Assembly: GCF_001194135.2 (NCBI RefSeq)
Contig: NC_068997.1
Span: 5,171,605 to 5,233,923, forward strand
Direction: 5' to 3'
Source of the DNA: Octopus bimaculoides
Taxonomy: Eukaryota
Length of the DNA: 62,319 nt
In this document: positions 49,292-61,359 of the stretch, piece by piece
Layout of the letters: each line of letters opens with the position of its first letter
How positions within the stretch are numbered: the stretch's first letter is position 1
Made by a program: the position numbers and the translations under genes
The notes under the pieces: generated by a model
What the model saw: only the letters and a program-made list of their open reading frames with translations
Told to the model about the DNA's origin: nothing
The model's database searches: none

Positions 49292-51174
49292 TGTGTATGT
49301 CACAAACAGAGACATGGTTTTGTGGCTCACTGCAAGAATTCATCATAAACTAAACATTAACTCATGAAACACCAACTGTACATAACGCAGAGGTTCTTTG
49401 GGAGCAAGTTTCCATACAGAGTTCCAGACATGCCAGTACCATCATATTAGAAGAATCAATAGACATCACATGACATTGCAAGCCATCCTAATTTGATAAA
49501 TTATCCAAGCCAGATGACATTTGACATAAATGGTGTTGTTACTAAAGGTGGTCAGTCCAAACAACTTACATTGCTATTTTAAGATAGTGAACATCGACAA
49601 TTCAGTAAGCTATGTCACACCTCAGCAGATGGTTTTTCTAAACTAAAGCCAGTCAATCCCAACATTAGATAGAGGAAGAAATAATATTCATAACTGAACA
49701 GATCTATATGGTGTTATGTACAAGGGCATTATTATATATAGCCATTTTTCTCTGAAAACAATTGCATATATATATATACACACACACACACACCATATAT
49801 AACCAATCACATATATGTAATCAATTTTCTCTGAAAACAATCACAACATTTTGAGATTCACTCCACGTTTCTCTAGTTTAATTAAATTCAACTGGAGACA
49901 GCAAGTGCTTTCAAAACCTAATTCATTTGTAACCAGCTCAAACAAAAGTGTTAACTTTTAATTCATTCACCTTAGTTAAAAATCTAAAAGGTAATTACTA
50001 CAATATCAAGATATGTGATCTGTTTTGAATGTACTCTCATTAACAATGAAGGATTTTTCCTTTGTGACACATTCATGCAGTCAAAACGCTTCACACCATT
50101 TTTGTCTCTAGTAAAAGAGGATAAATAAAATTAAAAGACAATCCCACCCCTCTACCCTGTCACCACCACCACTACTGCATAGCAGCAACAGCAACAAGAG
50201 ATGGTCATGCAACACAATGATACCTAAGTGACTTCAACGAAAGACATTATGAAAACAAGAACAAGGATCAACATACCGAGAAAGAGAAATAAATTTTAAT
50301 CAGGACACTGAGAAGAAGAGCGTTCATGACATTCAAGGGGAAGTCACTGAAGTCGCACCATTGAGATCTAAGTAAACTGAATTAGCAACTTCAAAATAAT
50401 TCCTTTCAGATGAGTAAAAGGGAAGGGATGTAAATATACCAGGAGGTAAAGGAGAGAAAGAATAATACCTTGGTAACCTTTTGTCACTACTATATACTTC
50501 TATACTGCCTTTGTTTTACATTTTTGAAAATAATGAAGAATTTATTAAAAGAACTTTGTCATTATTTGAGCTGGTGTTTGGAACATAAATTAGCAGAGTT
50601 TCAATGATAGGCTGCAATTTAGATCATTTTCAAAATGGGAGGTTTGTATCATAGAGCCTGGGGTGATCTCAAGTGGGTTGGTATCAAAATGGTTTATAAA
50701 GCACTACTGAGGAAAACTATGGAATTTGGTTTAAACTGAGGCAAAGCTTGGAAAATTTCAAAATAGAATTTCTTTACATTGACATAACGAGAGAAAGTAA
50801 ATGCAAATTATTAGTGAAGGTGAGAAAGATTGCAGAGGGATGGGGGAGGGAGGAATTAAAAACTTTTTTCTTTTTTTCTATTCCTGAAATACTGGAATTA
50901 TATCAGCAGTTGAAAGCAAACTGAAGTAACTATGCAGCATAGTATAATGAATGCCAGCACCAAAGACTGCTTGTTGACCAATGGTGCAACATGTTACTAT
51001 ACATTCAATAGCAACCACACAATATCTAATGTAAATAGTGTTTACAGGAGCAAAAGAGTACAGTAAGAACATAGCTCACATCTATTTCATACACACAGAC
51101 ACAGAAATCCTTAATAAATATCAAGTCCACCAGCAAAACTAATCAGGGAGTGAACACACTGCCTTTAACATTCA

Positions 51175-51209
<35 letters not shown>

Positions 51210-51672
51210 CACACATACACACAGTGCATTATTATTCTGTAAATGATTTTGAAAACAAATGAGTTAGTTCATAAAACGTGGAATTCGTTTGGTGCCTTCT
51301 CTGTCCCACACACTTTATATTTCAATATGCTGTCTAAATATTTTATATTTAGAAATAGGAAAAGGCAAATTCAGAAGAAAATGTTTAGAAAATCCCTGTC
51401 AGGATTCAGTCCTCCAAAACGAGACCCTATGATAATTAACTAGGCAGACTAATAAGAGCAAACATTAAGATGCTCCTTTATAAATATAATTTTAAAAATA
51501 TTTCTAGTACTTTGTCACACATTTTAAAATAAAATTTGATACAAAAAAAAAAAAACTTTTTTTCATATTTTAAAGGTTAAAGCATGATTTTCTTTTGCTT
51601 TTCAATTTAAAAAAATGACTAGTTTAATAGGAATTTCACTTCGTAAATATAATCCATCTATGTGTTTGTGTA

Positions 51673-52546
51673 TAAGGTCTGATCAATAAGTATCTAGACT
51701 GTTGCCATAGTAACAAAGCTAAAGCACACAGAGTGAAGCCACTTAGCACAGACTGACCTTGAACTCTGCTGTACATGCATACTAAGTTTTAACATTCTAG
51801 CTCACTTCCACTGTTTACAGCAGTGCTTGGAAGGAAGGTGTGTAGCATGTGAATTTTGCATTGACCATGACAGAAAGTTGTCATGGTGATATTTGTTCAG
51901 AGGCCTACACAAAGCTGCAGAAAGTGTAGGGGGAGGAGTGTATGAGCTGCACACAAGTGTACGAGTGGTTCAGAAGTTTCTATGATGGCCGAAAAAAATC
52001 GATATTGACAAAAGTTCTGGGAGACTCGCAACCAGCAGAACTGAGAAAAGCATTTCAGATGTGCATGCAGCTGAGGGCAGATTGTCAAATCACCATCCAT
52101 GGATGTGCGGATTAGTTACAGTTCAGTCCATTATCACTAAAGATTTGGGCATGAGACGCCATGTCTGCCAGGTTTGTGCCAAAACTGCTTTCATCTGACC
52201 AAAACGACACTCAGGTTTCAGTTGCACAAGATCTTGATTGTGTCAAGAACAATGAAAACTTTTTGAAAACTTTGCACAGGTCTCTGAACAGGTATCGCCA
52301 AGCTTTTGGCAAAATTTGATGCAGGTTCTTTGCTCAGCTTTCTCTGTCATGGTCAATGCAACCATCACATGCTACACACCTTCCTTCCAAGCACTGCTGT
52401 AAACAGCGGAAGTGAGCTAGAACGTTGAAACTTAGTGCACATGCACAGCGGAGTTCTAAGTCAATCTGTGCCAAGCAGCTTCACTCTGTGTGCTTTAGCT
52501 TTGTTACTATAGCAACTGTTCAGATACTTATTGGATCAGACCACAC
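51673..52546 (+). mobile_element. Non-autonomous mariner derivative with ~210-bp terminal inverted repeats
   Basis: About 51673-51882 is an imperfect reverse complement of about 52335-52546; the interior has decayed mariner HTH sequence (EECMSCTQVYEWFRSF). Confidence 0.85.
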
Positions 52547-53338
52547 GATATCCTTATTCACACACACATACATACGTTTATATACACACACACAAACATA
52601 CATGTATACACACACAAAACTACTGTAATCGAAGTCTCAAGGTGGACAAGAAAAAAAATTGAAATTGAAGAGGAAACAAAAAACTAGTTTTAAAAAAAGG
52701 AAGTACTACATGTTTCCACTTGGCAAAAAAAAAAAAAACCTAATGGTACAGCTTGCATCTACCATCAAATTAATGTTGCTGCATTAGATTTTTACAGAGT
52801 TAAAAGTCACTGATAAAAATTAGTTAAAATATACTTAAAAATCTATAAAGAGAAAAAAAAAAAAAAAAAAAATTAAAGCGACGCAGTCAAAAGCAGACAG
52901 ACCAATTAACCAAAGTAGGAAGTAATGAACTGCTCCATAAGTGTAGAAATTAGTAATTAAATTACAGTTGTTCATGGACTATGTATACATTAGATGTGTG
53001 AAATGAAGATAAAACACAAGCAAAAAATGGAGGGAGGGAGGGGAAAAAAACGTTCATTTGGTGCTCATTCCCCCATCTCTTCCCTGTTGTGTTAGCAATC
53101 TATGTTCAGGCTTAAACTTAATATGTACAACTGTTGACTACATATATCCATACATCCATCCATATGTAAATATATGAATACATTACAAAAAAAAAAAAAA
53201 AAAAAAAAAAAGACCCTGCTGTTCCCTTAAGAATATTTATTGATGGTGATTGAAGAAACAGGCTGTGTAAAGAGAAAGACCTAGATTTAAAATTTATTAG
53301 GGCAAAGTTTAGCTGGAACAATTATGAACTTATCATCA

Positions 53339-54550
53339 TCATTTGTGCAGATCCATGGTATATTTCTGCCTATGTTCTCGAATATTTTTTTTCTGTATAT
53401 CTATTAACTGCTGTATCTGCATTTGTAGTTCACCAAATTGTTCTCGTCCACCTGTGGCATTTGAAGCGGAGGCAGTTGTAACAGAAGAGGGGAGAGGGTT
53501 TGTTAATGCCTGAGAAGAGTGCAAATTAGATGGCCCGCTTCCATTAGACTCTAGGCTGTGTCCAATTAGTTTTTCATTGTCCAGTCTTAAATCTGAACCT
53601 TGACAATAAGAGTTATAGCGTAATGATTGCGATGCAGACAATTGTTGCTGTTTGGATCCACTTTTGTAAGGTGTCAGAGATGTATCACACACTTTCTGTC
53701 TTCGAGCAGAGTTCCTATATGTCGAATCAAACTGTACATCATTCGAAGTGCAAGAAGGGTTTACAACGGGGTAAGCATTATTTGGATTAAAATGTGACTT
53801 ACTAGAAGTAGCTGAGCTCTGTAGCATGGGATCGATTCTGCCTGTCACTGATTTCTGTGAATAGGAGTCTATATGACCCTTCATGTTAACCATATGGTTC
53901 ACATCTTTCATACGGTCTAAGGGGGGATAGTCCACCTTACTATTGTGTAGTTGTTTCATGCTAACATTTGCTGAACCCGTATGGTTATCAAGTTTTAATC
54001 GGTTTTGATTGCTCCATTTGCCAGACACTTGGCTAGACCCGGGTAATTTAGCCTCACCATCACACGGAGGAATGGGAGTTTTTATAGTTAGTTTCAGAGG
54101 TGCATTCTGATGGGGACGCACAATGTGTGAATGTCTATCAGATAAGGACTTAGAATCTGCACGTGGCACAGAACTTTTGTGCATCTTTTTTCTTTGATCA
54201 AGTTTTGGATTACTACTACTACTGCTACTACTAACTGAAGCAGCAGCAGCAGCAGAAGCTGCTGCATGTGTTGCTGAAACTCCAGGAACACCAACAGCAG
54301 TAGAGTCCAATGGAAAACTAGATTTTTCAGGTTGTGATAGTACTTTCACAGGAGTTTCCACCTTAAAGCGGACCTTCCGGTCTGAAGGCGAAGAGGCAAT
54401 GTTCAAGCGTTCCTTTGTGAAATCGCTTTCGGCAGATGGACCGGGGCTGCTGCCAGTGGCTGTAGAATTAGACGTTCCTCGTATATCAAGACGACTTTTC
54501 TTTTCAGGTGGTCCATCTTTGTCTTTATCTTCATCTTTATCTCGACCAGA
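53339..54550 (-). CDS. CCNT: Cyclin T large final coding exon (1212 nt, 403 aa plus stop), disordered C-terminal region
   Basis: TTTGTAG acceptor at 54551-54552; phase-0 frame SGRDKDEDKDKDGPPEKKSRLDIRG... runs into ORF 53339..54406 and ends ...KYTMDLHK*. Confidence 0.9.
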   Translation of the reverse strand, partial: SGRDKDEDKDKDGPPEKKSRLDIRGTSNSTATGSSPGPSAESDFTKERLNIASSPSDRKVRFKVETPVKVLSQPEKSSFPLDSTAVGVPGVSATHAAASAAAAASVSSSSSSSNPKLDQRKKMHKSSVPRADSKSLSDRHSHIVRPHQNAPLKLTIKTPIPPCDGEAKLPGSSQVSGKWSNQNRLKLDNHTGSANVSMKQLHNSKVDYPPLDRMKDVNHMVNMKGHIDSYSQKSVTGRIDPMLQSSATSSKSHFNPNNAYPVVNPSCTSNDVQFDSTYRNSARRQKVCDTSLTPYKSGSKQQQLSASQSLRYNSYCQGSDLRLDNEKLIGHSLESNGSGPSNLHSSQALTNPLPSSVTTASASNATGGREQFGELQMQIQQLIDIQKKNIREHRQKYTMDLHK

Positions 54551-55352
54551 CTACAAATAAACAAACACAACATTTGAACTCTCAAAAGTAACGTAAGAGA
54601 TATATCAAAAGATTCAGAATCAAGAAATTCTTAACCTTCCACCGACACAAGAAACTAACCATTAGCTTTGAGCAGTCAATTGATTTACTTAAATTCACCC
54701 GACCGCATACACATACCCAGTTGATTTACTGAAATTTCCACACACAGACCATTAATTTACTTACTGTCTCTGTCTCTCTCTCTCACACACGACTGCTTAA
54801 CTTAATAAATTTACTTGAATTAGAAGCTGGTGGTGATAAAACTATCACAAGCTATGAAAATCTACAGAACGACCAAATACTGTGGATAATGATATTGTTA
54901 TTCACTGAGTGGGTTTAGTCATTGGACTGCTGCCTTCAAGGTTAAACTCGGTCCTGTTCTGGCATCTTCAGATGGTTGAAAAGCCAAATCTACCTCAGTG
55001 AAATTTGAGCAGACATGCATTGCTGGGTGTTTCATAACTGATGACCAATCAATTCATCAACCAAAATAAACAGAACCTATTGAGTATATGTAAGCAATAA
55101 CAGTCAAATCGACAAGTCTTTCATTGTTGACTTTAAAAAGAAAAGATAAGAGGGGCACATTTGATAATGTAATCATATGCACAATATCTAACAAGAGACA
55201 ATGATTATGGTTGGGACATCTTTGATTATGGGTCTGTTAGGTCATAGCTGAGCGCAGGCTAAACTGCAACTAACTATTCAAATGAAACACTGGCTCATTA
55301 CCCTGTACTGATGGAAAATTCAATTGTAAAAGAAGTACATTTTAATACATAC

Positions 55353-55426
55353 TCTCCAAGTCATGATTTTTTTCTTTAATCGAGTTGGACATCCATCAAG
55401 AACTTCTAGGAAATCGATGGTAAGCT
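55353..55426 (-). CDS. CCNT: Cyclin T exon (74 nt)
   Basis: (E)LTIDFLEVLDGCPTRLKKKIMTWR, compare [24 protein letters not shown]; ATCAG acceptor, GTATGT donor; phases consistent. Confidence 0.95.
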
Positions 55427-57057
55427 CTGATTGAGAGAAGATACAGACAAATAAGACAAAATTTAACAAAGCAACAAAATAGATGCCTTAATACAATATA
55501 AGGATAATGGTAAAAGATGGTCTCATAAAAAACTGAGAAAGGGTATCCAACTATAGAAACCATGCCAAAGTCAACACTGGAGATGAAAGTACTCTGGCTC
55601 ATTGGATACAGTCAAACTATCCAACCAATGCCAGCAAAGAAGACATGCTAAATGATGATGTGAAATGCAAGTAATATGGATGTTTCTTATTTAAAAATAT
55701 GCCCTAACTTTACTGTATTTGTTTTAGGAGTTTGACTGACAAATATATAAGTTAATCAAATACCAACAGTCTGATTTTGAGGTTTTTTGTTATTTTTACC
55801 ATCTTACAATGTTAGAAGTACAAGTTTTATAAAATATTTTAAAGTAAATGTCTATGTTAGCTGTATGTTAATGCTGCTACATAAACATTAACCTAAAAAT
55901 TAGTATAAAACATGAAAGTACTTGAGATAGTGTAAAATTGTAAAAATAAAATGTGATATTCAGACTGTTAGAATTTGATTGACCCATGTGTGTGTGTGTG
56001 TGTGTGTGTGTTAACAGAGACATTTTAATGTCCACTATTCTATGTCTACATGGGTAATGAATTTTACCAAGGTAAATTGTTTATGGCTTGATGCCCTTCC
56101 TATCATCAACACTCACTTTGTTACCAAACAATGTAATATTTTCTCAAGGCCAGATGTTTCCAGGGAAAATTTGAAACAAATGACACTGCTTATATGGTAG
56201 TGACACTTATTTACAACTATTGCATGATGTCAAGACAAGGAGACACACATACATATAAGACAGGTTTCTTTCAGTTTCTGTCAATTAAATCCATTCACAA
56301 GGCTTTGGTTAACCAGCGGCAATAGTAGAAGACACTTGTCCAAGGTGTCACATCATGGGACTAAACCCCAAAACATGTGATTGGGAAGTAAATTTCTTAA
56401 CCAAACACCCATATAATACATATACTTTTCATAAAATTCAATATTCATTATATATTTAGTAAACAGCCCAAATAAAATATTTTCTTTAATAATTATCTTT
56501 TACATTTAATACATCTATTACTTTCCATTTGTTTTACAATGGAATTTTTAAAAATTTAACATTAAAAAAATGAATTTATCTCTGTAGTTATTAATGTTCA
56601 ATTTCATAAATTTCAATTAACACAAAATTATTCTGATTAGCCAAGAGTTTAGTAATGAGTTTACTTGTCTAATTTTATGTGTACTTAATTAAAATGAATT
56701 TACAATGAAACATTAGATTATTAAAAAGCTAACATTATTATTTACAATGGATTTCTAAGGAAACATAAACAGCAAGTCATTTCTCTGACATTTGCTTACT
56801 TACGTTCTATTAAGAGCAACTAATATCATAAGACACCCCCACTTCAAACATCACTGTTGTTAGCTGTTCCTATGAAATAGGAACAAACCTACAGCTAAGA
56901 CAGTGTGAAGGTGAGGTTATGATACTTGCTCAAAGGTTTTCTAGGTTTTCTATTTTTTACAAACCAGATTTTTACATAGGAAGGTGTATAAGTCAGAATT
57001 TCAGATCCATGAGCTAGATGTCTGTAGGCTGTACTGAAGATAAGACACAATGCTCAC

Positions 57058-57130
57058 CCTCAAGAAGATCTGGAGTGACAGACTTTTCAACGTACGAATA
57101 CCAAGGTTTCCCTTCAGCAGACGACTGCAA
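57058..57130 (-). CDS. CCNT: Cyclin T exon (73 nt)
   Basis: LQSSAEGKPWYSYVEKSVTPDLLE, compare [24 protein letters not shown]; CTCAG acceptor, GTGAGC donor. Confidence 0.95.
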
Positions 57131-57897
57131 CTGAGAAAAAGAAAAAAGAAATATACATAAATTTGTAGTGTAATATACGGATTCTATATATATAAAAATA
57201 TCTGCACAGTCAGTCATCACCTACTCCCCCTTCTACCAACTCATGCAACCTTCACTGATCCTCAGTGTTGATTCCTGTCCCTACTCACCTCATACGTTGA
57301 AGGTCCACGCAGACATCTTATCACTAAAATTATCTCTTTCCAGCTCCACCTGATCACTCCCACCTTCTTGTCTAACGTGAGTAATCCTCTACAACAGAAA
57401 ACCTGTTCTGGTCCCTTTTCCTCATATTTTAACCCATCTCCAAACATAAAGAGGCCTCCTTAGGGGTTCTTAGCCTTGCAAGCTGCATGGTGGCCTCACA
57501 TATGTTAGTAGCACAAAAACAAGAAAAAAAGCACACAATAAATGCTGTAAAGTTATCAGTTGTAGAAATGAAGCCAAAATAGATACTAAAACATGATGCA
57601 GTCCTTGGACCCATCATACTCCGTCGAAACATCCAAGCCATGGTAGCATGGAACATGGACATTAAATGACAATGACAACTGTTAAACTGTTATATTTCAC
57701 ATCAAATACAAACTGCAAAAAATCAGTCTATATGCCTGTGTTTATGCGTGTTTTACAAGGAATCTTTAGTCTTTACTGATTATCTTTCGTGTTACTGACA
57801 TAATTTTTTTTTTCCATCTTAGACTGGTGTTAGTAAATACTGTGAGTGTATCTGTGGGGGAGTTTGTAAAAATAAATTAAAAGCAAAATGAACTTAC

Positions 57898-57988
57898 CTC
57901 CCAGCTACCCCACCTACTAGCAAGATGTATACAGACACAAGCAACTACTGTTGGTTTGTACATCAAGCACATTGTGGTTAAATGCAAA
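57898..57988 (-). CDS. CCNT: Cyclin T exon (91 nt)
   Basis: (S)[30 protein letters not shown], second cyclin box; GACAG acceptor, GTAAGT donor. Confidence 0.96.
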
Positions 57989-58801
57989 CTGTCCAAAAAG
58001 AAAAATATTCAGTGTTAGCTGACAGTAAATTCAAAGTAGAATACAACAAAATACATTATTTCACAAATTATTAATCTGGGAGAAATTTTTCACAACAAAG
58101 TAAAAAGACCTTTTTTATTTTAATATTGTTGGTAGTGTCACACAAAAACGCTCAGTACACTCTGTAATGTGTTTGGCATTTGAAAGGGCATCCAACTTTA
58201 GAAATCATGTGAAAGTAGACAGTAGAGTTTGGCACAGTCTTCTGGCTTGCTAGCTCCTGTCAAACCATCTAACCCATGCTAGTATAGGGAGCAGTTGGTA
58301 AAGGATAATGATGATGATGATGTATAAGTTGTGTCCAAAAAGCTGCCAGTTTCCTTAAGCTGATGATCTCGATCTCAACAGTGAATGTTGTTTCCATGTG
58401 TTGGTTTTTCATTAAACATGCGATGATATTCACGACAAACATGGCTCACAGATTCAAATTTTGCAAAGAATGTGTCAAACTTTCCTTTGCACCACCCACA
58501 TCTTGACTGATGCATCAGCTTGGTGTAGCATTGTTTGCATCACTGTCACATGGCTAGCTGTGTATGCATCTTGCATTTTCTTCATTCATCCAACTAGAAT
58601 ATTGATTAGATGTGTGCCGAGCAACAAATACAACCCACATCGAACTGCACTAAACTATACATAAATTTTATTAGTTGATCTCTTATTCAACATGTATATG
58701 AAATGAGTAGTGTTGCAAGTTATATCAATAAATAGTTCTGAAATCCCATCATGAATTTATAGATACACTGTATCGATGCAAACAGGCCACATCACTAGTG
58801 A

Positions 58802-60245
58802 ATGCATTCAGGGAAACAATCTAAGAGAGACAACTGTACCAGTAGTCGTCCCATCGAAAGAATAGAGGTACATATATGGTCGTTGCTAGTAGTGGACGTC
58901 ATGGTGGAGGGAAAGGTATCACAAGCCCTCATGGACACAGGCTGCTCAACAACCCTAATGACTCCAGAGGTGGTAGAAGAATGGAGTGGAGTGAGTAGTG
59001 TAAGGGCTGTTGACAGAGGAAGTTGCGATGTGGAGATGGTGGTAAGAGGAATGAGATTGAGGTTGCATGCGATCGTGACTGACCGCGTGGTGGACGGAAT
59101 CGATGTAGTGATGGGGATGGACGCAATTGTCCATTTGGGAGGTGTCACAGTCAATGAAGCCGGTGTAACGTTTGATGATGCAGGGGCACTATGTGCCGTG
59201 AGTTCGCGACGGGAGAGTGGTGAGAGCTGCAAAGAAAAATATGCTGCACACACCATTACAGACAAGGATTTTGGGGCTGTGTTCAACGGCCAGCAATGGG
59301 CAGTGGAATGGTACTGGAAGGGAGGTCCTCTGACATCGAAAAATGCAGTAGGCTGCTATCAGCATACCCTGAAAGGGGATACCAGAATCAAGTTCGAGAG
59401 AGAGGTGGAACAGTGGATCAAGGAAGGCATTCTGATCCTTTGGAAGGAGGAAGTGGAGAGTGGAGTGCTACCACTGATGGCAGTGGTGCAGCTGACGAAG
59501 CATAAAGTCAGGCTGGTATTAGATTTTCGAGAGCTGAACAACCAGGTATTGTGCCATATGGGCAGTTTGGATGTTTGCAGCGAAACCTTGAGAAAGTGGA
59601 GGCAGATGATAGGGGCCTCCACAATCATCGATTTGAAGTCAGCATATCTGCAGCTGTATGTGGCTGAGAGACTGTGGAAATACCAGCTGGTAAGATACAA
59701 GGGCTGGACATACTGCCTGATCGGGCTGAATTTAGCACTGAAGATTACGGCAACAATTCTCAAAACCATCCTGAGAAAGGTGGACAAAGTGAAAAGAGCC
59801 ACCAATTCCTATATTGACGACATCCTAGTGGACAAGAGCATATTGTTGGCAAAGGAGGTCATAAGCCACCTGAAGAGTTTTGGGCTAACTGCCAAGCCAC
59901 CGGAGGCAAAGGAAAGCTGCACTGGGACTCAAGCTACTGAGAGACAAGGCTGGCATGCTGGTGTTCTGGAGAGGGAATAAGATACCAGAACTGGGTACCA
60001 GGACAAGTAGGTGAGAACTGTTTTCTGTGTGTGGGAAGCTGCTGAGACACTACCCGATTGCAGGATGACAACGGACGGCTGCAGCTTCATCAAGAGGCGA
60101 GCTGAAGGAGTGAGGTGGAGTGACAACGTGGGCGAGAAGACAACTGCCATGATGCAAGAAGTCTTGGAGAGAATGACTGCAGAGAACCTGGTAAAAGGAA
60201 ACTGGTATGTGCCCAAATTGAAGAATGTGATCGTGTAGTATGACA
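58802..60245 (+). mobile_element. Ty3/Gypsy pol fragment (aspartic protease, RT, start of RNase H) in a cyclin T intron, antisense
   Basis: 392-aa ORF with ALMDTGCSTT (protease), VRLVLDFRELN, IIDLKSAYLQ and SYIDDILV (RT); frameshifted continuation; no LTR pair seen. Confidence 0.9.
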
Positions 60246-60759
60246 CTAGCAGAAGGTGTTGGTCATTGGTCATTGCCTCCATGAGGCCCAACGCTCAATG
60301 CATGTTGGCTTGCCAGATCCTGTAAAACCACCTAACCCATGCCAGCATAGACAACAGTTTGTGTGTGTCCGTCCGTCCGTCCATGTCTGTGAACACATAT
60401 ATACATACAATAGGAATCTACAGAGTTTTTGCTCATCAAATTTCAATCAAAAGGTTAACCTGAGAATACTGGAGAAGACTAACTAGCCCAAGGGACATGC
60501 AGTGAGATAAAATTCATAAGCACAGGGTGACAAAGCTTATTCTATATCCACATAGTCATACATGTATGCATATGTACCTATAAATACATGTGTGGCCAGC
60601 ATTCGCCATGATAGATTGCTAGTCACTACACATTCTTTATTTTCTTTCCTTGTTTCTTTCTGTGGAAGAGTGTAGGCTCAAAACTTTTTCACTTCCCAAG
60701 CGTTAAACTAATACATCTGTTTGTTGTCTACACCACCTGTCTTTGTTTTTTGTTTGGTG

Positions 60760-60804
<45 letters not shown>

Positions 60805-61225
60805 ATCATATTAGTTATAAGGATGTATTTATCATAATGATTGTGGCTCCATGGAAGGACAAGTTGCAGAATTATGGTGTGAAGATTAACACTATCAAAT
60901 GAAGCATTAACTGTTTCATCCCACTGTTGTCACACCACCCAATTTCAATATTTTTAGTAGGCATCAACAAAAGAATCTCTTTGGGGTTATGACCCCCCTA
61001 CAAATATCAGCCAAAGCTCCTGAAAACAAACCTTTTAGCAACAACAACAAAGACATCAGATGATGTAGTCCTAGATAAACAAGTTATAAGAACACACTCC
61101 TTACCACCACATAGCCAGTAGGTAGTGGTTCTCTACAGGCAGGGATATTTACACAGCCCCACCCACCACAACCACTGAAAAAAAGAAAAGAAAACAATGA
61201 GTTGAATTGATAGACTAGAACATAC

Positions 61226-61271
61226 CTGTTTGTTGCAAGGAAGTATGATGTCTGAGCAAGATCCTTACTGG
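61226..61271 (-). CDS. CCNT: Cyclin T exon (46 nt), first cyclin T exon visible in the window
   Basis: TTTTCAG acceptor; (A)SKDLAQTSYFLATN(S), nearly identical to vertebrate cyclin T ASKDLAQTSYFMATNS; GTATGT donor. Confidence 0.95.
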
Positions 61272-61359
61272 CTGAAAATTAAAAGTAGCAAAATAAAGCA
61301 TGTCCAACAAGTTCAACAGAATTATTTTGTATTATCATAATCATCATTGTTGTTATCTA

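Noticed and set aside
54403-54585. Separate 60-aa ORF MRVQMLCLF...
   Set aside because: Alternative frame overlapping the true cyclin T acceptor and exon.
58330-58800. Possible 5' LTR of the Gypsy fragment
   Set aside because: No second copy downstream and no recognisable PBS or TG...CA pair.
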